The notes under the pieces: generated by a model | Told to the model about the DNA's origin: nothing | Database searches by the model: none | Seen by the model: the letters and a program-made list of their open reading frames with translations, nothing else | Shown here: positions 31,826 through 40,972 of the stretch, piece by piece | Numbering within the stretch: the stretch's first letter is position 1 | Layout: each line of letters opens with the position of its first letter | Program-made: the position numbers and the translations under genes | Source: Nostoc sp. DedSLP01 | GTDB lineage: Bacteria > Cyanobacteriota > Cyanobacteriia > Cyanobacteriales > Nostocaceae | Direction: 5' to 3' | NCBI GenBank assembly: GCA_034530875.2 | Contig: JAVRCJ020000016.1 | Span: 96,001-160,000 of the forward strand | Length of the DNA stretch: 64,000 nt

Positions 31826-33127
31826 ATGCGAATTAATCGTTTAACTAATGAACCTTCAATCCGTATTGTTATCGTTGGTGCTGGATGTGCTGGTTTAACT
31901 GCTGCCGAAGAATTACGCGATATTGGATATCAAAATATCACGATTATTGATGCCAAAAATCGCGTAGGCGGGAAAACATATTCAATTAAATACAAAGACG
32001 CAAGTCTTCAAGCCCGTGGTATTTATGAGGGTGGAACTGTTTGGATCTTACCTAGCCCCCTGTACAAAAAATACAGAAAAAGGTATGGAATTTCTCCATC
32101 ACTGCATATAATGCCACGGGTGCAAGTATTTGACTTGGGGACTGGCAAAATTTCTAGCCCGTTTTTAGTCGATTCCAAATATTCTTTATTCAGCCGACTC
32201 TGGCAGTTAAGGAAATTTTTCCGAGAATTGGACAAGTATACTTATGACGATCCAGGCTATATCAATCCTGCTTACCGAACTATGAATGAATCCTCACCTG
32301 AATGGTTTAACAAACAGGGTTTGGATTTTATTCGAGATGCTTTAATGCCTATTGCTAATGCAGCACAATTTGGATATCTGGAACAAGAAACTGCTACTGC
32401 TTATGTGATTCGGCTACTGGCATTATTGAACCGTTGCAGTTTCCTGAAAAAATTGGTTTTGAATCTGCCCCAATTCCAAGAAGGAAATCAAGAATTATGG
32501 AATCGTTTAGCAGCAACCCATAACTTGTGTCTAGGAGAAACTATTGAGCGTGTTTCTCGCGGGAAAACAATTGCGATCGCAACTACCTCAAATCAGTGGG
32601 AATGCGATCGCTTAATTTGGACTGCTCCTGTAGATGACTTTCTTCGCGTAGCAGATGCTTCCCCTGAAGAAGCAGATATTTTTTCTCGGGTACGCACAAT
32701 TAAAAGAGCAGTCATTACCTGTAAAGTAGAGGGTTTACCTGCAAACATTTTCTACGCCATCAGAAATACTTCAAATCAGCCTTTACCAGCTAGTTATCCA
32801 TTGGCTATCTTCGAGGTCGATCCAGGTAGTAAAATTTACAATTTTTATCCATTCATGGATGAAACGACAACTACTGAAGAGCTGGAAAACAATGTAGTCG
32901 ATTGTGTCAAAAAGCTCGGAGGTACCCAAGTAACACATATAGAACAACCCCTAATTTGGAAGTGGTTCTCTCATTTTTCAGCCGAAGACCTCAAGGATGG
33001 TATTTATCAGCGATTAGAAAAGTTGCAAGGTAATCAAAACACGTACTTTGCAAATGAAATGATTGCTGGGGTGAGCGTACCTTATGGTATGGAATATGCA
33101 GCTTATTTAGTGGAACGCTTCTTTTGA
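31826..33127 (+). CDS. FAD-dependent oxidoreductase resembling PUFA (linoleate) isomerase PAI
   Basis: GAGCAG and RVGGK motifs; C-terminus W.WFSH..EDLKDG.YQRLEKLQG.QNTYF....YLVERFF. Confidence 0.75.
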   Translation: MRINRLTNEPSIRIVIVGAGCAGLTAAEELRDIGYQNITIIDAKNRVGGKTYSIKYKDASLQARGIYEGGTVWILPSPLYKKYRKRYGISPSLHIMPRVQVFDLGTGKISSPFLVDSKYSLFSRLWQLRKFFRELDKYTYDDPGYINPAYRTMNESSPEWFNKQGLDFIRDALMPIANAAQFGYLEQETATAYVIRLLALLNRCSFLKKLVLNLPQFQEGNQELWNRLAATHNLCLGETIERVSRGKTIAIATTSNQWECDRLIWTAPVDDFLRVADASPEEADIFSRVRTIKRAVITCKVEGLPANIFYAIRNTSNQPLPASYPLAIFEVDPGSKIYNFYPFMDETTTTEELENNVVDCVKKLGGTQVTHIEQPLIWKWFSHFSAEDLKDGIYQRLEKLQGNQNTYFANEMIAGVSVPYGMEYAAYLVERFF

Positions 33128-33189
33128 GCAATACCCGAGCAAATTTATTTCCACCATACTCTAATAGTTTCCCTAAAAAGTGATTAGCC

Positions 33190-34455
33190 TCAAGTAAAAA
33201 ATATTGATTGAGAGTTAATCTGACTAGCACTCACACCTGAAATTAATATTGTTTGTTCGCTCAACAAAGAATCTAATTTCAGCAATGTACCATCTTTCGT
33301 ATTAGTTATACTACCTAGTTCACTCCAACCATCTAATACAATCTTATCAATACCAACTTTGAAATCTTTAATCGTATCAAAGTCTTCTCTCAATAGAGTA
33401 TTGTCATTGTTGAAAAGAAATTCGTCATTACCACCGTCACCAACCAAGACATCATCCCCACTACCACCAATCAGGACATCATCGCCCAAACCGGCATAGA
33501 GTGTATCATCACCATCGCCACCATCTAACAGATCGCTACCTTGGCCTGCATCGAGGTTATCATTACCTTTTTTTCCATATAGCTTATCGTCCCCCAAGCT
33601 GGCATAAATTTTGTCTGCACGCTTGGTTCCATTTATCTTATCGTCCCAAATTGTCCCATAGATAACATCTTTACCCAAGTTGCCAATTAAAGTATCTCCT
33701 GCCAACTCAACAGCACTACTATTAATTTTGACTACAGTTATGTTGGTATCCCGATCGAAGCTTCGTTTATAAGTCCCAACAGCACTACCATTGAGAGAGT
33801 CATTACCATTATCACCATCAATATCAGCACTTTTATTACGGTTGTTAATAGTCACATAGCGGCTACGACCAATAGTTAGATTGCCGATGTAGTCAGAGGA
33901 GATTAAGTCACTCTGAATGCCAAAATAATCTAAAACTTTAGCCTGATTGGGATTTGTTGTGTCTAATACCAAAAAAGTACTTTTAGACTGAGCCTTGTTA
34001 TATTCAATGTCGGAATTTTCAATTTCTTTAGCTGTCAGTTCTAAATCTGCTGAAAACTGAAAAGAGAATTTTTGATTCGCGCTAACTGTAAAACTAGCAA
34101 GTACTTTGGTTTCGCTGTCAGAATTAGCTGTAAACTGACCATCCGATCCAGTAGCTTTAGTATTAGTAAAGAGCGATGAAAAAGTGGGGTCGCTATTCAA
34201 AAAAGTTGCTTCAGCCTGAGCAATAGCAGCAACCACACCACCTTGAACTAATGTCTTTACTTGGGCATCAGTCAAAATGCCTGAAGCATTTTGGCTATAT
34301 TTGGAAAAAATAGTATCCCCTTGAGCAGTCACAAAATTAGGAGTGTCATTAGGCTTAATATTTGTAACTTCATCGCTATCATTATAGAAATCGAGAATGT
34401 ATTTGCTAAGGGAATTGGGAAGAATTGAGTCTAAAAGTTTAGCTAATGATGACAT
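33190..34455 (-). CDS. RTX calcium-binding secreted protein with a beta-rich N-terminal domain
   Basis: C-terminal GGxGDD repeats and DTIKDF..GIDKI; probable start MSSLAK. Confidence 0.85.
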   Translation of the reverse strand: MSSLAKLLDSILPNSLSKYILDFYNDSDEVTNIKPNDTPNFVTAQGDTIFSKYSQNASGILTDAQVKTLVQGGVVAAIAQAEATFLNSDPTFSSLFTNTKATGSDGQFTANSDSETKVLASFTVSANQKFSFQFSADLELTAKEIENSDIEYNKAQSKSTFLVLDTTNPNQAKVLDYFGIQSDLISSDYIGNLTIGRSRYVTINNRNKSADIDGDNGNDSLNGSAVGTYKRSFDRDTNITVVKINSSAVELAGDTLIGNLGKDVIYGTIWDDKINGTKRADKIYASLGDDKLYGKKGNDNLDAGQGSDLLDGGDGDDTLYAGLGDDVLIGGSGDDVLVGDGGNDEFLFNNDNTLLREDFDTIKDFKVGIDKIVLDGWSELGSITNTKDGTLLKLDSLLSEQTILISGVSASQINSQSIFFT

Positions 34456-34562
34456 AAATCCTCTGTTGATTTTAGGAACTAATTTCTGAAAGCGTAAGTA
34501 TGTCCACAGCAATTTTCTCGTAAGGTTACGAGCTAGCTCTCTTGACTATTTATTTGAAAATG

Positions 34563-34733
34563 TCAACTTTTATCTAGAGATTGCTTTGCTTTTAAAAGCA
34601 CTTTCAAATAAGTTAATTGACTATTCCAAGCCGAACGTGGAAGCAAAGGAATTTTCTCTAATTCTTCAGATGGTGATGATTCAACGTCAGTTATTTTGCC
34701 TGAATTTGTAGTATCGACTGAATTTTCTGCCAT
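34563..34733 (-). CDS. plpY: PlpY/PcpY-like splicease partner protein (56 aa, not in the ORF track)
   Basis: Hand translation MAENSVDTTNSGKITDVESSPSEELEKIPLLPRSAWNSQLTYLKVLLKAKQSLDKS*; starts 3 nt after the rSAM stop; LLPR..W..Q..YLK..LKAKQ.L motif. Confidence 0.8.
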   Translation of the reverse strand: MAENSVDTTNSGKITDVESSPSEELEKIPLLPRSAWNSQLTYLKVLLKAKQSLDKS

Positions 34734-34736
34734 AAT

Positions 34737-36002
34737 TTATTGTCTTGCTAGGGAGTAAGAAACTTCGGGTTCTTGTTGCCAACTTTGCGACCACTGAATG
34801 CTGTCAGCAGTAAAGTGTAATGGGTCGTTTGTTGGCAAAAGAGTGTCTGTAGACTCAAGAATTAGTTCAAATTCACCATTATCAAATGGCAAACCTTTCG
34901 CCTTAACTTTGGGAACTAGACGCTCTCTCATCCCTTGTTTTGCATGAGTAAGAGCGCGATGATGACAGTAGGGATTATTACCTCTCTTGTCAAAGAAAAC
35001 GTGGGCAGTCCAACTGCAACCTCCACGACAAAGTTCGGCGTATTCGCAGGTTTTACAGAAACCCCACAGATGTTTTGTGCCTTCGGGCGTTCCTGCTCCT
35101 ATATTGAAGTTTAGTTCTTGTGTATTTTCAATAATTTCGCGCAGTGCATGGTCTCTAATATTACCGCCTGTATAAGCCGTAGTAGGCAGTGAAGGACAAC
35201 CTTTAATTGCTCCGTCAGCTTCAATTCCCAAGGTGGAGAGTCCGGCACCGCAACCTTGCCAAAATAAAAATTCATGCTCCTGTCCGCGTCCCCGCAACAG
35301 GCGTTCGTAAGGCCCGTAGTAACCAATATTATTTCCTGCTTGGAGTTGCACGCCTTCTCGATAAGCACGACGCGCTACACGAGCGAGCATAGGGTAAATA
35401 TCTAATAATTCATAGGGTTGGAGGAGGATATCTGCATTGTCAGCGGCATTCCCCATTGGCACGGTGAGTTGAATTTGCCAAGCACGGGCACCTGCATCAC
35501 GAATCGACTCATAGATGCGGGGAAACTCTGGTGCTGAGAGGCGGTTAATTTGGGTGTTGCAACCGAAGGAAATACCGACTTCTCGCAGATGGCTCATGGT
35601 TTTAAATGCATATTTCCAAGAGCCTTTTTTTCCCCGGAGGCGATCGTGAGTTGCTTCTAAGCCATCAATAGAAACAGAGACAGTCCGAATCCCTGCTTCT
35701 TTCATTTTTTGTGCAGTTTCTAATGAAATACCATAACCGCCGGTAGTCATACCACATAGCATCCCTCTGTTGTCGATCGCTTTGGCAATCTCTAGCCAAT
35801 CTGGACGCAGAAATGCCTCACCACCAATGAGAGTAACTTCTTTAATTCCAACTTCTGCCATCTGTTTGACAAGATCGAGAGCTTCCTCTGTGGAGAGTTC
35901 TTTTGTGCGCTCGTGTCCGGCGCGGGAACCACAATGACTGCAAGCTAGATTACACTTTAAGGTAATTTCCCAAACTGCGTAGCTTTTGCGCTGATATGTC
36001 AT
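34737..36002 (-). CDS. plpX: Radical SAM/SPASM splicease (Nif11-class peptide maturase 3, PlpX/PcpX-like)
   Basis: YAVWEITLKCNLACSHCGSRAG (CxxxCxxC), WQIQLTVPMGNAAD, SPASM cysteines CGAG..GCPSL..CKTC...CRGGC..PYCHHR. Confidence 0.9.
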   Translation of the reverse strand: MTYQRKSYAVWEITLKCNLACSHCGSRAGHERTKELSTEEALDLVKQMAEVGIKEVTLIGGEAFLRPDWLEIAKAIDNRGMLCGMTTGGYGISLETAQKMKEAGIRTVSVSIDGLEATHDRLRGKKGSWKYAFKTMSHLREVGISFGCNTQINRLSAPEFPRIYESIRDAGARAWQIQLTVPMGNAADNADILLQPYELLDIYPMLARVARRAYREGVQLQAGNNIGYYGPYERLLRGRGQEHEFLFWQGCGAGLSTLGIEADGAIKGCPSLPTTAYTGGNIRDHALREIIENTQELNFNIGAGTPEGTKHLWGFCKTCEYAELCRGGCSWTAHVFFDKRGNNPYCHHRALTHAKQGMRERLVPKVKAKGLPFDNGEFELILESTDTLLPTNDPLHFTADSIQWSQSWQQEPEVSYSLARQ

Positions 36003-36248
36003 AAATTAATACTCAATGTCCATTTTAAAAGTTGAGTTTATTCAGTGTTGAGGCTGAGTGAGGGGACTTTTATAATGCTTTTGGGTTGAGCCTAATACAA
36101 ATCAAATTCGCAATCCTAAAAGGTAAAGAAAGTAAGATTGCATTCATCTGTTCTCAAAAGAGAGATGAATAAAAATAAGTTCAGAGCGTATTACATACAA
36201 AGGAAAAGCCCCATAAATCAGCACTCGTAATTAGCTTATGCAACGCTA

Positions 36249-36378
36249 TATAGGAATCATATTTGATTTGGTGAAAAAAATCAGTACACCCAAACAAGGC
36301 TTCTTTCCTACTCCCTACTCCCCATTCCCTACTCCCTGCCTACACAAATAATTTCAGTAATCAAACCGGATTCCTATA
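36249..36378. mobile_element. MITE-like element, TATAGGAATC family
   Basis: TATAGGAATCATATTTGATT ... AATCAAACCGGATTCCTATA. Confidence 0.8.
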
Positions 36379-36383
36379 TCTGT

Positions 36384-36818
36384 TTATGATAATTGTCGTG
36401 GAATAACTGCCCCGTATACCGCCTGTATAGGAGTATCGATGATGGCGCCATATAGGGGTTGTGGGTGCAACGGTGGCTTTGGACGCGGCCGAGGAATGCA
36501 TTTAATAATTGATGACTTTCCAGGTTCGATTACAACACCATACAGTGGCTGAATAGTTACATTATCTTTATTTGCAAATCCGCCAACAGCTCCCACTAAT
36601 TCCTCTTCAGTGAGGTCGTCAAATAGACCTAATTCTTTTAATTCCAATATTTTAATAGAGGCTGTTTCAAATTCTTCTTGAGAAAAATCATAGCCGCCTT
36701 CTTCCATGACTTTTATCGCTTCGTCGATTCGATCGCTCATTAATTGAGTGCGAAAAGTTTCGTCTTTGACAAGTCTGATGATGAAATCTTTAACTTTCTC
36801 AAAAATTGATAAGGACAT
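36384..36818 (-). CDS. Nif11-leader RiPP precursor with three XYG motifs
   Basis: RBS AAAGGAGAG; leader ...DETFRTQL...GYDFSQEE...LTEEELVGAVGG; core carries PLYG, PLYG, AVYG. Confidence 0.9.
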   Translation of the reverse strand: MSLSIFEKVKDFIIRLVKDETFRTQLMSDRIDEAIKVMEEGGYDFSQEEFETASIKILELKELGLFDDLTEEELVGAVGGFANKDNVTIQPLYGVVIEPGKSSIIKCIPRPRPKPPLHPQPLYGAIIDTPIQAVYGAVIPRQLS

Positions 36819-36862
36819 ATTTTTACTCTCTCCTTTGATATCAGTTTTGTAGTGGAAAAGAT

Positions 36863-37134
36863 ATACCAATTCAAAATTTATGTATTAAGAAAACTAGAGA
36901 TCGCAAGGGTTTAAGCTTATGTATCTGTCAATAAGGTTCGGTTAAGATCCCCCCGCCTACGGCGACCCCCTTTTTAAGGGGGTAAAAGAGGGTTGTAAGC
37001 CCACCTTTTTAAGGGGGTAAAAGAGGGTTGTAAGCCCCCCAATTTATCGGGGGGTTGGGGGAATCTTGGAGGAATAAACGCGTTAACCGAACCGTATTGA
37101 TGTATCTGTCGCATTCCTTTTTTCAAATTGGTAT
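36863..37134. mobile_element. Host MITE (ATACCAATT ends) carrying a nested element
   Basis: ATACCAATTCAAAA ... TTTTTCAAATTGGTAT. Confidence 0.65.
36929..37099. mobile_element. 171-bp MITE with 17-bp inverted ends and a perfect 10-bp target-site duplication
   Basis: CAATAAGGTTCGGTTAA / TTAACCGAACCGTATTG flanked by ATGTATCTGT at 36919-36928 and 37100-37109. Confidence 0.9.
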
Positions 37135-37156
37135 CAATCAATATTTGCAGCGATGG

Positions 37157-37609
37157 TCAACTCTGTAAATATACAGAAGTATCTGCGACTTGACGTAACT
37201 GCTCGGATGCAGAATAGTTATCTGTGATGATTTGCGGACATCGCATACAAGCTGCTTTGCCTTCTTGCTGCCACCAGCGACAATCTCGACGGATAGAACA
37301 AGGTGGTAGTTGTTCTACCACTGCGGGCAATTTCTCAACAATTCCCTTCGCAAGACGACAGTCCTGGCCATCAAAATGCTGACAACCTGATTTTGCGCAG
37401 GATGCGGCCGTCCGAAAAATTTCGGCAGGTGTGACTGGGCTAGCTTTTGCTACCAGTTCATCTGTAATGGGCAAAGGTTCTTTGAGATAAGCTATGCGAG
37501 GTGCTGTTACCGTTCCACCAACTATACCGAAGATAACAGTATCTCCAGATTCGGTTTCGGGTCTAGCACTAGGGCAAAGGGTAGTACGAACGGGAGTTGG
37601 ATCTTTCAT
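37157..37609 (-). CDS. Cysteine-rich hypothetical protein (8 Cys) in the RiPP cluster
   Basis: CPSARPE, CAKSGCQHFDGQDC, CSIRRDCRWW, ACMRCP; GGTGGAG RBS before ATG 37609. Confidence 0.8.
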   Translation of the reverse strand: MKDPTPVRTTLCPSARPETESGDTVIFGIVGGTVTAPRIAYLKEPLPITDELVAKASPVTPAEIFRTAASCAKSGCQHFDGQDCRLAKGIVEKLPAVVEQLPPCSIRRDCRWWQQEGKAACMRCPQIITDNYSASEQLRQVADTSVYLQS

Positions 37610-37769
37610 TAATGAATTCTCCACCGAAAGAATATCTTCACTTGAAGACTAGCGGTCTATCGTAATTAATGATGGTGGTTATATGTATTTGTAGTCAGGA
37701 CTTTAGTCCTTGGTTTTTTCAGCACTAAAGTCCTTGTTAGAAACCTTTCAAAATTTTGGCTTGAAACCG

Positions 37770-37988
37770 CTAGCTAATCGCTTGGCGGTCATCTTGCTGT
37801 GCAATTATCCCAATTATTATCGGCGGCTTGCATACTATTTTGTTTATACCCACACCACCTGCAACTCCTGCTGATTCTTCATCAGATAAAGTTTCTACTA
37901 ATTCTCTGCGGGTTACCGCATCGGCAATGGCATTTTCAATCAGATTGTTGATTTCTATTTGCCCATCGGATTTTTTATGTTCTGACAT
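37770..37988 (-). CDS. Double-glycine-leader peptide, putative second RiPP precursor
   Basis: Leader ends LSDEESAGVAGG; core VGINKIVCKPPIIIGIIAQQDDRQAIS; GAGG RBS. Confidence 0.75.
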   Translation of the reverse strand: MSEHKKSDGQIEINNLIENAIADAVTRRELVETLSDEESAGVAGGVGINKIVCKPPIIIGIIAQQDDRQAIS

Positions 37989-38090
37989 ATTTTAAGTTCC
38001 TCTCAGATAAAATTTTTGGTAAATTTGGATTTCGACTCGTTCTAAATTCAACTTTTCGATCGCAGTTTTTGTTGTAGTATCACCTCCAAG

Positions 38091-38507
38091 TTATTGAGTT
38101 TCTACCATATTTGGCTGTAGTGCGATCGCCTGTCGGTCGCAAACAACAGCAGTTTTCCAATGGACTACATGTTTGCGGGCAAAGCCTAGCTGATAATTCA
38201 ATTGAGCATAGTAAGCTTGTTTGTCTGGTGAAAGCGTTCCTTGGGCAAAAAGGACATTCCCGAAATTGACTGCTGCTTCTATGCAGTTGGGCTGAAATTC
38301 CAGAGCTTTTTGATAGTATGCGATCGCTTTCTTTAACTTACCTTGTTGTTGCAAGTTGTAGCATAAGCTCTTACAATTTGTTACTTTGAATCCTAATATT
38401 TCTTTATATATGAATCCAGCTTCATCCAATTGTCCTGCTTGATGTTTTTGCAGTGCTAACTGAATGAGAGATTGAATTGGCGATTCAGAAATATTTTTCG
38501 CACTCAT
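38091..38507 (-). pseudogene. Truncated TPR-repeat protein
   Basis: TPR motifs (ALQKHQAGQLDEA, AIAYYQKALEFQPN, QAIALQPN) with broken helices and an early stop. Confidence 0.6.
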
Positions 38508-38526
38508 TGCTATATAAATAGAATTC

Positions 38527-38633
38527 TAAGTAGAAGGCAGGAGGCAGTTCTTGCTGGAGGCAGGAGGTAAAACCCTTAATAATAAAAGGTTTCACCCTTT
38601 TGGATTTTACATTTAATTATGTCTGCCTACTTA
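38527..38633. mobile_element. MITE-like element, TAAGTAG...CTACTTA family
   Basis: Inverted ends; similar to 49318-49408. Confidence 0.7.
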
Positions 38634-38867
38634 TTTTTCTCAGTTAGTATATTTATCAGAATTAAAATTCTAGAATCACGATTCAATAATAGAACCCAGG
38701 ACTTAAACGCAAGATTTTTAAATTGTTATATATAGGTGTATGGCATACTATTCTGAAGTTGCACGCAGCGATCGCACATCCCAGACTTGGAAAGATAATG
38801 TTGGGTGCCACCGAACTCTAGTTAACCAGTAATTGTTATTTTCGTCGTCTATTGATGACGAGGAATC

Positions 38868-39725
38868 CTAAGTAAGATTAACGCCTGCTACAACTGCAAT
38901 CAGCTCGGTACCAGTAGGAAGGTTATCAAAAATCAGTGTATCAACGCTACCAGTATCGAAAAAGTCGGCTGTCCCAAGTTCGTAATTTCCAGCTGGACTG
39001 AGTTGAAACCGATCTATGCCTTTCTCAAAGCCTAAAATTACAGCAAAGTCGTCGAAGCCAGCTTTGGTGTAAAAAGAGCCATTAGTATCCCCAAGCAAAA
39101 ATGTGTCTTTAACACCATCGCCAAGAGGATTCCCATCACCATCAAGTAGACCGCCAACTAAGAAATCTTGCTCAAAAGATTTCCCTCTTGCAGCATTACT
39201 ACCTCCTACAAGGATGTCACTGCCATTTCCTCCTAAGAGGATGTCATTACCGGTTCCGCCACTCAGGTTATCATTGCCATCACCTCCATTGAGGGTATCA
39301 TCGCCTAAACTTCCATCAAGGGTGTCATCACCCAAACCCCCATCAAGTTCGTCATTGTCCAATCCCCCATAGAGCTTATCATCGCCCTTGCCTCCATTGA
39401 GGATGTCATTGCCCAGGTCTCCAGATAAAAAGTCGTTGCCTAAACCCCCATCGAGTTTGTCATTACCAAGATTCCCGTAGAGTTTATCATCGCCTTTATC
39501 TCCATTGAGGATGTCATCGCCGAAACCCCCAAACAGCTGGTCGTTACCGTTGCCCCCATTTAGTGTGGAATTGCCACTGCTGCCTGCAAAAAGTTTGTCG
39601 TCACCACCTCCACCGGTTAAGGTGTCATTACCGCCAAGACCATAAATACTATAAGAATCAAGATTAGTGTTTCCTCCAGGTACAGTTAATAGATTGTTGC
39701 CGCTAGTTCCTCGTAAAGTAGGCAT
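38868..39725 (-). CDS. RTX calcium-binding protein
   Basis: About 15 GGxGxDxL nonapeptides; GGAGG RBS. Confidence 0.9.
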   Translation of the reverse strand: MPTLRGTSGNNLLTVPGGNTNLDSYSIYGLGGNDTLTGGGGDDKLFAGSSGNSTLNGGNGNDQLFGGFGDDILNGDKGDDKLYGNLGNDKLDGGLGNDFLSGDLGNDILNGGKGDDKLYGGLDNDELDGGLGDDTLDGSLGDDTLNGGDGNDNLSGGTGNDILLGGNGSDILVGGSNAARGKSFEQDFLVGGLLDGDGNPLGDGVKDTFLLGDTNGSFYTKAGFDDFAVILGFEKGIDRFQLSPAGNYELGTADFFDTGSVDTLIFDNLPTGTELIAVVAGVNLT

Positions 39726-39780
39726 ATTGTTTACCTCCTAAAGTTTTTAATTTGACTATTATGTTTTCAAATCTGTTAGA

Positions 39781-40031
39781 ACTTACGCACTGAAACCTGA
39801 AACCTAGATCCCCCCACTACACCCGTTTTTAAGGGAGTTGGGGGATCTGAGTGGAATGGCACTAAGAAAAGATGAAATCTCGTCAGGGCAGGGTGTAGGG
39901 TGTAGTGTTTAACAATTTAATTTGGATTGCGCCAAAAATTTCAACATCTTCTTAATTCCCCACACCCTCTAAGCGAACCATATCAAGGGTTTGCGCTTAA
40001 CTTAGTGGGATTCGGATCTGAGTGCGTAAGT
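39781..40031. mobile_element. MITE (ACTTACGCAC ends) with a nested element at 39854-40013
   Basis: Outer ACTTACGCAC / GTGCGTAAGT; inner GAATGGCACTAAG / CTTAGTGGGATTC flanked by duplicated GGATCTGAGTG. Confidence 0.75.
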
Positions 40032-40202
40032 TTGCTGATTGAGAATATGAATTTATCGGGCTACGCCCCGCTTTGCTAACACGCTTCAGGTGCAGAGTCG
40101 CAGAGAGTAAGAGTTGAGAAGAGTTGATTTTTGGATTTCATATTCAAATTCAGCAATGCGCGAAAATTTGTGGACTTTGCATATATGCCACTTTAGCTTT
40201 AA

Positions 40203-40913
40203 CTAAAAAATTGAGGAAAAGCTCAAATTTGTATTTGGAGAACTTTCCCTAGCGATTACAGGGACAAAATTCTCAACCTCTAGTGTTGACTTGTTATTAG
40301 CGTCAAGCGAGCCTAGAACTATACCCAGGAAACTGTTTTTGTATTGAACTAGAGTAGCGTCTAGTTTGCCATTATCGTTTGAATCGAAGCTTTGCAATAC
40401 TAAGTTTTTGGGGATAATGCTATTTGTGACAATGCCAATGCGATCGCCTCTAGCTGCATTAAAGTCAGTAATGACATCAGCAAGCAGAGGATCGGAAGTT
40501 CCTGTCTTCAGTACAAATAAATCGCCACCAGCACCTCCGGTAAGTCTATCGATGCCTGCGCCGGCACTCAGAGTATCGTTACCTTTACCCCCGAGTAGGA
40601 CATCATTTCCTGCGACTCCTTGCAGATAATCGTTTTTTGCCGTGCCCAAAATGAGATTGTTAGAAGAGTCAGTATCTCTAGATAGGGGAGTCCTAACCAA
40701 GCCCGCAATTGAAGAATCCGTGGCTGCTACTATAGTGCTAGCCGACGATCCTCCAACTACGAAAACGTTGTCACTCTTGCTAATAGTTGAACCGTCAGGG
40801 GAGGTAACTGTAAGATTGACGCTACCGCCAGCACCTTTTATATTGACGTAAGACAGACCTGTAACAGAAATACTGCTACTGCCACTAAGTACTTTAATTT
40901 GAGAAGTAATCAT
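40203..40913 (-). CDS. Ser/Thr-rich protein with short RTX repeats
   Basis: GVAGNDVLLGGKGNDTL..GAGIDRLTGGAGGD, DVITDF; GGAGG RBS. Confidence 0.8.
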   Translation of the reverse strand: MITSQIKVLSGSSSISVTGLSYVNIKGAGGSVNLTVTSPDGSTISKSDNVFVVGGSSASTIVAATDSSIAGLVRTPLSRDTDSSNNLILGTAKNDYLQGVAGNDVLLGGKGNDTLSAGAGIDRLTGGAGGDLFVLKTGTSDPLLADVITDFNAARGDRIGIVTNSIIPKNLVLQSFDSNDNGKLDATLVQYKNSFLGIVLGSLDANNKSTLEVENFVPVIARESSPNTNLSFSSIF

Positions 40914-40972
40914 TACATTTCCTCCTCGATCTTCCTAGATGGATAATGCCCAGTTTACAAGTCATCCGAGGC

